Source: Planctomycetota bacterium
Lineage (GTDB): Bacteria; Planctomycetota; PLA2
DNA length: 64,000 bases
Assembly (NCBI GenBank): GCA_027297745.1
Contig: JAPUHK010000024.1
Location: forward strand, 994-64,993
Direction: 5' to 3'
The notes under the pieces were generated by a model. It saw nothing but the letters and a program-made list of their open reading frames with translations, did no database searches and was not told where the DNA came from. Both the position numbers and the translations under genes were made by a program. Shown piece after piece: positions 39,143 to 46,528 of this stretch (position 1 is the first letter of the stretch; each line of letters opens with the position of its first letter).

Positions 39143-39889
39143 ATGACGAGAGTTGGTTTGGGTGTGTTCGTGGTTGCGTTGGTGACTCTGGGGTTGGTCG
39201 GCGTCGGCTGCAAGGGCACGACCAGCGGCGACTCGGGGTGCGGCGCCTGTGGAGACGGGTGCGCTGCATGCGGTGCGTGCGGCGCCTGCGGCGCTTGCGG
39301 CGACGGTTGCGGTGCAGGTTGCGGTGCGTGCGGCGGCTGTGCAGGCTGCGGCGACGGTTGCGGCGGCTGTGGCGGTAAGAGCGGCTGTGGCACTTGCGGC
39401 GACGGTTGTGGCGGATGTGGCGGCAAGAGTGGTTGTGCCTCCGCGTGTGGTTGCGGTGGCTGTGGCTGTGGCGGTTGCGGTTGCGGCGGCGGGGCGAGCA
39501 CGTCCAGCTCCGACCAAAAGCACGCCAAGGAGTTGTTCGCCTCCTACAAGAGTTGGCGCAAGATGACCGACGCGCCCTTCAAGAGCAAGGGCCACGGCAA
39601 CATGATGGTGCACGACTGGGTCAACTCGCGTGCGCTGGCCACCTTCCGGGCCAAAAAGGGCAGCTACGTGCCCGGCGCGGCCCTGGCCAAGACGGGCTGG
39701 AAGGGCGATACGCTCAAGAAGGTGTGGCTCATGGAGAAGCGCGGCAGCGGCTACGACAAGGAGAACGGGGACTGGTGGTACGCACAGCTCAACGCCGCCG
39801 GCAAGGTGGAGAAGGCGGGCAAGGCCTCGGGCTGCATCGACTGCCACGGGGGCGCCGACAACGACTACGTCTTCGGCCTGAAGAAGTAG
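39143..39889 (+). CDS. Lipoprotein with a Cys/Gly-rich repeat region fused to a cytochrome P460-like heme domain
   Basis: GAGGAG Shine-Dalgarno. [23 protein letters not shown] has a lipobox-like end. An ~85-aa stretch contains about 25 Cys ([20 protein letters not shown]...). The C-terminal domain has [22 protein letters not shown]...[16 protein letters not shown] (CXXCH). Confidence 0.8.
   Translation: MTRVGLGVFVVALVTLGLVGVGCKGTTSGDSGCGACGDGCAACGACGACGACGDGCGAGCGACGGCAGCGDGCGGCGGKSGCGTCGDGCGGCGGKSGCASACGCGGCGCGGCGCGGGASTSSSDQKHAKELFASYKSWRKMTDAPFKSKGHGNMMVHDWVNSRALATFRAKKGSYVPGAALAKTGWKGDTLKKVWLMEKRGSGYDKENGDWWYAQLNAAGKVEKAGKASGCIDCHGGADNDYVFGLKK
39239..39493 (+). repeat. In-frame TGC/GGC-rich coding repeat (Cys-Gly array), including a 48-nt tandem duplication
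   Basis: Units 39347-39394 and 39395-39442 encode [16 protein letters not shown] and [16 protein letters not shown]. Confidence 0.85.
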
Positions 39890-39920
39890 ACCGTGTTGCC
39901 CCAGCGGGGGCCCGCCCCTG

Positions 39921-40823
39921 CTAGAGCTTCCTTACGGCCCGCACCAGAGCCGCGGCGGTCGCCGCTGGGAGCGGTCGCGTGCGCCAGTCGGGTTCTCCCG
40001 CCCACGAGCCCAAGATCTTGTAGGCGCAGCCGTAGGGCTGTGTGGGGCCGAGGCCGCATGCCAGGTCGAACCAGAGCACGCCGCGGCGCTCGCCGCCGCC
40101 CATGTCCCTGAAGTGTTGGCCCGCGTCTTCGTCGTGCAGGCGCACAAGCCCGGGGCGCTCCCGCAAGAACTCCCCGATGTGCCAGCGCAAGGGACCGTAG
40201 GACACGTCGTGCTGCATCTCGAGGCTCGCCTCTACGAGACGCAGGATGCCGCCCTGCGTCTGGTAGGTCTTGCGCCACTCGAACAGATGTGCGGGCGAGT
40301 CGGCCAGGCGCCGGGCGTCCTTGCCGTCGATAAGCGGATCGCCGGCATCGTAGAAGCTGGCCTCGATGGTAAAGCAGCGTCCGGGCAACGCCGGACGCGG
40401 GTAGTGCTTGACCAGAACGCGCAGCGGCCGCGTCTCCGCGGCACCGCGGGCGGCAGCCTGCACGGTCCGCCAGCCGTCAACGATGCGACCGGTCGTGTCC
40501 TTGACGAACAGGTCGTCCGTTTGCGCCGGCAACCCGAGCGCACCCAGCGCCTCCACGAAGGCCGCCGCCTGGCCGGCCCCCGGACGCACGACCAGCTCCG
40601 GCGGGCAGCTTGCAGGCACGCGTTCGTGCTCGCGCGTGGACAGTAGGAGCGGCGTCATGCGCCGTACGGGCACGACACCCCTGCGGTAGGTGCCCAGGTA
40701 GTAGGAGTCCGGGTCCACCGGGGGCGGCTCGGGCCCCGTGGCCGGGCCGAGCGGCTGGCCTACGACGGCGCCGCTGATCCCACCGAAGAGAGCCGCGAAG
40801 GCCAGTACCGCCGCTGTGCGCAC
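39921..40823 (-). CDS. Secreted hypothetical protein
   Basis: GTG start. MRTAAVLAFAALFGGISGAVVG is a plausible signal peptide. Coding-like GC3 runs throughout. I recognise no motif. Confidence 0.6.
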   Translation of the reverse strand: MRTAAVLAFAALFGGISGAVVGQPLGPATGPEPPPVDPDSYYLGTYRRGVVPVRRMTPLLLSTREHERVPASCPPELVVRPGAGQAAAFVEALGALGLPAQTDDLFVKDTTGRIVDGWRTVQAAARGAAETRPLRVLVKHYPRPALPGRCFTIEASFYDAGDPLIDGKDARRLADSPAHLFEWRKTYQTQGGILRLVEASLEMQHDVSYGPLRWHIGEFLRERPGLVRLHDEDAGQHFRDMGGGERRGVLWFDLACGLGPTQPYGCAYKILGSWAGEPDWRTRPLPAATAAALVRAVRKL

Positions 40824-40858
40824 GCCTGGAAGACGTACGAGACGCGCCGGGAGTTCCG

Positions 40859-41434
40859 CTAGGCGCTAACCGACTCTTCGGGGGCCTCGACCACTTCGGG
40901 CTCGTCCGACGTCTTGGCAGGCTCGTCGCGCAGCAGGCGCTGCACCAGCTCGCGCGCCGCGGACACGTCCGGCTCCTGCAGGCAGCGGTCGAGATCTTGG
41001 AGCAGTTCCTGCCGGTCGCGCATGCTCTGCGCGAGGGTGTTTACTTCGGTCGCCATCGTCTTCAGGTAGTCGCGCTTGCGCAGCGAGAGCCGCTGGTCGA
41101 GGTTGCCGGTGTTGATGCCCTTGAGCGCGCGCTCGATGACGAAAGCCGGGCCCGCCACGCGGTGGCTGACCAGGATGATCACGGTGAACAGGATGCAGGC
41201 CGCCAGCACGAAGTAGATCAGGTTGGCGCGCAGCATCACCTCGCGCGTCTCCTGCGCGTTGAGCTGCTCGATGGTGCCCTGGCCCGGCAGCAGGAACAGT
41301 GCTGCGAGATACAGCCCCGCCACGCCGAGCAGCACGGCCAACATGTAGAAGGCCATCGTCAACTGCATGCGGTTGTTGACGAGGTATGAGAGCCGGCGGA
41401 AAGACCGGCGTTCCTTCGGCTTGGATTCCGACAC
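40859..41434 (-). CDS. Membrane protein with two TM helices and a HAMP domain, no output domain
   Basis: MAFYMLAVLLGVAGLYLAALFLL and LIYFVLAACILFTVIILV are followed by the HAMP-like HRVAGPAFVIERALKGINTGNLDQRLSLRKRDYL. Confidence 0.7.
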   Translation of the reverse strand: MSESKPKERRSFRRLSYLVNNRMQLTMAFYMLAVLLGVAGLYLAALFLLPGQGTIEQLNAQETREVMLRANLIYFVLAACILFTVIILVSHRVAGPAFVIERALKGINTGNLDQRLSLRKRDYLKTMATEVNTLAQSMRDRQELLQDLDRCLQEPDVSAARELVQRLLRDEPAKTSDEPEVVEAPEESVSA

Positions 41435-41629
41435 GTACGCACCTCCTGGCCCGAGCGGGGCTACCCATGGCCCATCGACCAGATGGGGCGCCCAGCCTTA
41501 GCCCGCTGCAACGCCCCGAATCTCGGGCCTGGGGCCGCTCCGGAGCGTCCCCGGCGCGCGCCGTAAACCGCTCGACGTGCCCTGCTCGTGCGGGATTTGA
41601 GGTAGATACGGAGCACCAGGAGGGTGCCC

Positions 41630-42979
41630 ATGAGCTACGACGTGATCGTTTTCGGGGCCGGCAACGCAAACGACGTGGTGCGCATGGCCGGGAAGGCGGG
41701 CCTGCGGGTGGCTGTGGTGGAGAAGGGGCCGCTCGGCGGCACCTGCGCCAACCGCGGCTGCATCCCCTCGAAGCTGATGATCGCGTACGCGGATCGCGCC
41801 GGCCAGGTGCGCTCTGCGGGCCGCTTCCACATAGAGGCGGAGCTGCGTTCGATCGACGGCGGCAAGATCATCGAGGAGACCTTCGGCTACACGCGCCGCT
41901 TCGACAAGCTGGTGGAGGACGGCTATCCGGAAGGCGTCGAAGTGCACCGCGGACACGGGACCTTCGTCGACAACCACACGGTCGCCGTCAACGGCACGGA
42001 GCTGCGCGGCGACAAGATCGTGCTGGCGACGGGCTCGCGCCCGCGCCGGCCCGACATCCCCGGGCTGCAGGGCACGCCGTACTGGACCAGCGACGAGGTG
42101 TTCGAGATGGAGCGCCTGCCGGCCTCGCTCACGATCGTCGGCGGCGGCTACATCGGCTGTGAGCTGAGCCACTTCTTCAACGGTGTGGGCGTCGAGACGA
42201 CCCTCCTGGTGCGCACCGAGCACCTCCTGGGCCGCGAGGACGAGGAGGCCTGCGCCGTCATGCAGAAGGGCTTCACAGAGCGCGTCCCGACACGCTTCAA
42301 CGTGTTCGTGGAGGCCGTGGCCCACGAAGACGGGAGCTTCCTGCTGACGCTCAGCGACGGGAGCGAGCACACCTCCGAGGCGCTGTTGTTCGCCATCGGC
42401 CGCATCCCCAACAGCGACCAGATCGCCATCGAGAACACGGACTTGAAGCCGAACGCGCATGGCTACGTCGAGTCCGACGACCACCTGCGCACATCGGTGC
42501 CGCACATCTATTCGCTGGGCGACGTGGCAGGGCGCTACTTCTTCACGCACACGTCCAGTTTCGAGGCGGCCTACCTCGGCCGGCAGATCGTCGAGGGGCT
42601 CGACGAGCCGATCGACTACGGGCCTGTAGGGCATGCAATCTTCACGTCGCCGGAGATCGCCGGCGTGGGGGCGACCGAGCAAGAGCTGAAGGAGCGCGGG
42701 GAGGACTACGTGGCGGCATCCGTGCCCTACTCGTCCTACACGAAGGGGCGCGCGCTCAAGGAAGAGCATGGGCTGTTCAAGCTCATCCTCGACCGCGAGG
42801 GCAAGATCCTCGGCTGCCACGTCGTCGGGCACGAGGCGTCGGTGCTTCTGCACGAGGTCTTGCCCGTGATGAAATGGCGCAACCACGTCAGCTCGATCAC
42901 GGACGTGATCCACGTGCACCCGTCGCTGCCGGAGATCGTGCGCGGCGCCGCGGGCAAGGCCGCGGCGCTGCTGAAGTAA
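41630..42979 (+). CDS. Class I pyridine nucleotide-disulfide oxidoreductase (dihydrolipoyl dehydrogenase / glutathione-mycothione reductase-like)
   Basis: VIVFGAGNA...GGTCANRGCIPSK (redox CxxxxC), IVGGGYIGCE and C-terminal HVHPSLPE. Confidence 0.9.
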   Translation: MSYDVIVFGAGNANDVVRMAGKAGLRVAVVEKGPLGGTCANRGCIPSKLMIAYADRAGQVRSAGRFHIEAELRSIDGGKIIEETFGYTRRFDKLVEDGYPEGVEVHRGHGTFVDNHTVAVNGTELRGDKIVLATGSRPRRPDIPGLQGTPYWTSDEVFEMERLPASLTIVGGGYIGCELSHFFNGVGVETTLLVRTEHLLGREDEEACAVMQKGFTERVPTRFNVFVEAVAHEDGSFLLTLSDGSEHTSEALLFAIGRIPNSDQIAIENTDLKPNAHGYVESDDHLRTSVPHIYSLGDVAGRYFFTHTSSFEAAYLGRQIVEGLDEPIDYGPVGHAIFTSPEIAGVGATEQELKERGEDYVAASVPYSSYTKGRALKEEHGLFKLILDREGKILGCHVVGHEASVLLHEVLPVMKWRNHVSSITDVIHVHPSLPEIVRGAAGKAAALLK

Positions 42980-43164
42980 CTGTTACCCGATGTAACGGCC
43001 GCAACACGTTTAGCAGAACGGACTTGGGGATCGAGGCTTGCGGCATGCGTGCCGCATCGCTGACAACGCTACGAACAAGGATCTGCGGCAGCCGTGCCGC
43101 ATGCTGGTAGTCGTAATCTCTACGTGTGAAGGACATTGCGACTGTTAGAAGCGGTAACTGTTAC
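42976..43164. promoter_or_regulatory. Palindrome-rich, AT-richer spacer (operator or structured-RNA candidates)
   Basis: GTAACTGTTAC at 42976-42986 and 43154-43164. TGCGGCA-n4-TGCCGCA at 43039-43056 and 43084-43101. Confidence 0.5.
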
Positions 43165-43167
43165 TTC

Positions 43168-43473
43168 ATGGACGGTGACTTCATGGACGGTGCTCAGGCC
43201 AGGCTCGCCGCGTTGCGCGTGATGCAGGACGTGCTGGACGGGAGCGTACGGCGGGTGGGGGAGCTGCGCCGGGCGTGGCCGCCGGCCGAAGCTGATTTCC
43301 TGCTGAAGCGGGCGCGCCAGGAGGCGGAGCACTACCTGGTCACGGGCGGGGAGCTCGAGCGCCGTTTCGTGGCCATGCTGCGCTCGTTTCTGGAACGCGG
43401 CGGCACGGCCGGGGAGCTCGAGCAGGCCTACGATGAGGTGATCCGAGTCCACAACGAGGAGACGGGTGACTAG
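43168..43473 (+). CDS. Small helical hypothetical protein
   Basis: MDGDFMDGAQARLAALRVMQDVL.... GTG 43126 is an alternative start. The stop overlaps the GTG start of the DUF488 gene. Confidence 0.55.
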   Translation: MDGDFMDGAQARLAALRVMQDVLDGSVRRVGELRRAWPPAEADFLLKRARQEAEHYLVTGGELERRFVAMLRSFLERGGTAGELEQAYDEVIRVHNEETGD

Positions 43474-44011
43474 CCCGAAGCTCTTCACCGTCGGCCACAG
43501 CAACCGCACGGCGCCGGATCTCGTGCGGCTGCTGCTTGCGCACGGCATCCGCACCGTGTGCGACGTGCGCGCCTTTCCGAAGTCGAGCCGCTGGCCGCAT
43601 TTCGACCGCGAGGCGCTGGAGCCTGTGTTGCAGGACGCCGGGATCGAGTACGTCTGGCTCGGCGAGCCGCTCGGCGGCTACCGCAAGGGCAAACGCACGG
43701 ACTCGGTGCACACGGCGCTGGACAGCTTCCGCAGCTACGCGGATCACATGGAGAGCGACGAGTTCCGTGCAGGGATCGCGCGCTTGCTAGCGCTCGCGTG
43801 CGAGACGCCGACGGCCTACCTGTGCGCCGAGAAGGACTGGCGCCGCTGCCACCGGCGCCTGATCTCAGACCACCTCGTGGAGCTCGAGGGCGCCGCAGTG
43901 GTCCACCTGCTGGCAGCGGACGCCTGTGAGGCCCACGCGCTGGACCCGCGTGCCCGCGTCGTGGCGGGGCGCCTGGTGTACGACCGGGGCGCGCAGGCCG
44001 AGCTCTTCTGA
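43466..44011 (+). CDS. DUF488-family protein
   Basis: LFTVGHSNRT...VCDVRAFPKSSRWPHF...LCAEKDWRRCHRRLISDHL. Confidence 0.85.
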   Translation: MTSPKLFTVGHSNRTAPDLVRLLLAHGIRTVCDVRAFPKSSRWPHFDREALEPVLQDAGIEYVWLGEPLGGYRKGKRTDSVHTALDSFRSYADHMESDEFRAGIARLLALACETPTAYLCAEKDWRRCHRRLISDHLVELEGAAVVHLLAADACEAHALDPRARVVAGRLVYDRGAQAELF

Positions 44012-44051
44012 CGCCGCGCTGTCCCGGGCTTCTGTTAGGCTTTTGTTAGGT

Positions 44052-45077
44052 ATGCTGACAAGGGTCGAGAACCCGCCGAACCCGTGGCACTCCCAGCACC
44101 AGGAGTGGGTTGGACCGCCGCCGCCTGCACGCCTGCAGGTCTACGAAGAGAGGGCCAGGTCGATCGTGGTTGAGAACCGGAGCCCAGACGTGGGCTTCGG
44201 TTTCTCCATCAACCCCTACAGGGGGTGTTTTCACGGGTGCTCCTACTGCTACGCGAGGCCCACGCACCAGTACCTCGACTTCGGCGCGGGCACGGACTTC
44301 GAGCGCAAGATCGTCGTGAAGGTCAACGCGCCGGAGCTTCTGCGCGAGCGCTTTCTCAAGCCTTCGTGGCGGGGCGATCTGATCGCACTTTCGGGCAACA
44401 CCGATTGCTATCAGCCGCTCGAAGCCACCTACGGGATCACCCGCCGCATCCTCGAGGTCTGCGCGGAGTTCCGCAATCCAGTGGCCGTGATCACGAAGGC
44501 GGCGCTGATCCGGCGCGACGTCGACGTGCTTTGCGAGCTGGCGCGCCGGGCGCAGCTGTCGGTCTCTTTCAGCATCCCGTTCGTCGACGAATGGATGGCG
44601 CGGCAGATCGAGCCTTACGCGCCGTCCCCGGACATGCGCTTTGGGGCCATGCGCGTGCTGGCCGAGGCCGGGATTCCGGTCGGCGTGGCCGTGGCTCCGC
44701 TGATCCCCGGACTGAACGACAGCCAGGTGACCGCGATCCTGGAGCGGGCGCGCGATTGCGGCGCGCGCAGCGCGTTCAAGATCCTGCTGCGCCTCCCCGC
44801 GGAGGTGAAGGACGTGTTCATCCCCCGCCTGCGGCGCTCCTACCCGGGGCGTTCGAAGCGTGTGCTGAACGCGCTCAAGGAGATGCGCGGCGGCGCCCTG
44901 TACACCGCGCAGTTCGGCAGCCGCATGCGCGGCCGCGGACACCGCTGGAAGGCGCTCGAGGACCTGTTCGAGGTCACCTGCCGACGGCTCGGGCTCAACG
45001 CGCGCCGCACGGAGGAAGAGCCGACGACCTTCCGCCGGCCGTGCACGCAGCTCTCGTTGCTCGACCCTACGCCGTGA
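44052..45077 (+). CDS. Radical SAM protein (SplB/PA0069-like, COG1533-type)
   Basis: INPYRGCFHGCSYCYARP contains the CxxxCxxC motif. Internal ATG of ORF 43926-45077. Confidence 0.85.
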   Translation: MLTRVENPPNPWHSQHQEWVGPPPPARLQVYEERARSIVVENRSPDVGFGFSINPYRGCFHGCSYCYARPTHQYLDFGAGTDFERKIVVKVNAPELLRERFLKPSWRGDLIALSGNTDCYQPLEATYGITRRILEVCAEFRNPVAVITKAALIRRDVDVLCELARRAQLSVSFSIPFVDEWMARQIEPYAPSPDMRFGAMRVLAEAGIPVGVAVAPLIPGLNDSQVTAILERARDCGARSAFKILLRLPAEVKDVFIPRLRRSYPGRSKRVLNALKEMRGGALYTAQFGSRMRGRGHRWKALEDLFEVTCRRLGLNARRTEEEPTTFRRPCTQLSLLDPTP

Positions 45078-45635
45078 AGATGCCCGGCGGGGCGTCCAGG
45101 TGTCCGCCGCTCGCGCCCGTGGCGACCACCTCCGCCGACAACTGGCCGCAGCCCATACCCTCCCGCTTGCCGGCGCTGTAGCGGGTCTTGACGGGGCAGC
45201 GCAACGCGCGCAGCCGTGTCGTGAACCGCTTCACCTCGTCCCACGACGGGGGCCGGAAGGCGCTGTCCGTGTCGTTGTAGGGGATCACGTTGAGGATGTA
45301 GCGCGAAGGCGCAGCCGAACGCGCAGCCCGCCTGCGACGACAGGCAGAGCGTGACCGCCCGCGCGTTCCGGATCAGGACGGTCTCGACGATCTCGCCGGG
45401 AGCGGTGCGGAAGAGCAGCTTGCGCGTGCCGTCCTCGGCCCGGCGTACGGCAACGGTCTCGAGCAGCGGTCCGAAACGCGCGCGGTCCCGCAGCCGCAGC
45501 CCGCGGTCGAGCCCGTCCCAATCTAGCGCCCCTCTTGTGCACGGCGAGCGCGATGCGGCGTGCGACTTCGTCGGCCACGCCGAGCGTCTCCGCGAGTGCG
45601 GGGATGGGGACGTCACGCAGGTGCGGCCTGTGCAC
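45067..45635 (-). pseudogene. rlmN: Decayed rlmN-like (23S rRNA/tRNA m2A radical SAM methyltransferase) remnant
   Basis: The pieces sit in three different frames. They read ...IPALAETLGVADEVARRIALAVHKRGA / LDWDGL...EDGTRKLLFRTAPGEIVETVLIRNARAVTLCLSSQAGCAFGCAF / YILNVIPYNDTDSAFRPPSWDEVKRFTTRLRALRCPVKTRYSAGKREGMGCGQLSAEV. The whole radical-SAM core between them is missing. Confidence 0.7.
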
Positions 45636-45673
45636 GGGGGCACGAGCCTACCAGTCTCATCCCGCCTTGGACG

Positions 45674-46318
45674 CTACGCGCGCACGGTGCGCACCGCGCG
45701 CTTCGCTCCCCACGGCTGCGGCACCCAGCCCGAAGCCGTGATCCAGCAGAACGTGAGCGCAGCGGAGATGCCTACCGTGTAGACGGCCGCCGTGGCCAGG
45801 AGGCGGCTCTGCAGCGCCGCAGCCAACAGGCCGACGGTGCTGAGCAGCGTCACCGCGTACATGGCGAGCATGACCAGCGACGCGAAGATGCCGCCGAGCA
45901 CCGCCGTCACGCAGCGCCTCTGCTGAGGGGAGAAGTCGAGCGGGCCCGTGAGCGTGATGGTCACGACGCAGGCAAGCGCCAGGCCCATCAGCAGAGCCGC
46001 GTAGCCGATCAGGTGCGGCACGGCGAAGCCGGCCAGCAGCGTCACGCCCGCCATGCGCCAGGCCACCCAGCCGACGCGGGCACAGCTCTCCGCCAGTTGG
46101 GGCCGGGGACAGACGCCTGAGCTCAGGGGCCTGAGCGGCATGTGCTGCGCGATGCCGTTGATCAGCTCGCGGAAGCAGGCCGCCTCGATGCGGATGCGGG
46201 AAAGGCCCTGCTCCCGCAAGGCGCGCCGTGTCTCCAGCAGGTCCTCCCGGAACTGGGGCCGGATATCGCCCGGCACCGCGCACGAGAGGAGCTTCACCCA
46301 TACCTGTGCGTGCGACAT
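45674..46318 (-). CDS. Membrane protein: cytoplasmic helical N-domain plus about 4 TM helices
   Basis: The ATG gives MSHAQVWVKLLSCAVPGDIRPQFREDLLETRRALREQG.... Hydrophobic helices follow. Confidence 0.6.
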   Translation of the reverse strand: MSHAQVWVKLLSCAVPGDIRPQFREDLLETRRALREQGLSRIRIEAACFRELINGIAQHMPLRPLSSGVCPRPQLAESCARVGWVAWRMAGVTLLAGFAVPHLIGYAALLMGLALACVVTITLTGPLDFSPQQRRCVTAVLGGIFASLVMLAMYAVTLLSTVGLLAAALQSRLLATAAVYTVGISAALTFCWITASGWVPQPWGAKRAVRTVRA

Positions 46319-46528
46319 TGGTGGTTGAACCTCCGTGTTGCACCTTGGCACGAAACCGTGCAGGGGCAAACCGGTTTACAGGGATGAAGCCTCTCTGTGG
46401 CCCGGATGTCCTCCAACGACACAGCTCCGGCCCGATTCGATACAGAAGGGACCTGGACCGATACACCGGAGCGGGACCCGGGCCTGGTCTACAATCACAG
46501 CGCCCGAAAACCCCGATCGGAGCCCGCC

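Noticed and set aside
39239-39493. Possible CRISPR array or non-coding tandem repeat
   Set aside because: The periodicity is 6-9 nt with no unique spacers. The repeat lies in frame inside a CDS.
38539-39528. 329-aa Pro/Gln-rich minus-strand ORF (PQPQPPQPQ...)
   Set aside because: It is the mirror image of the TGC/GGC Cys-Gly coding repeat. The plus-strand gene has a Shine-Dalgarno, a lipoprotein leader, a heme motif and synonymous-only divergence between repeat units.
42976-43164. Calling the palindromes a LexA/SOS box
   Set aside because: GTAACTGTTAC and TGCGGCA-n4-TGCCGCA do not match any LexA consensus I can state confidently, so I kept them as unassigned operator candidates.
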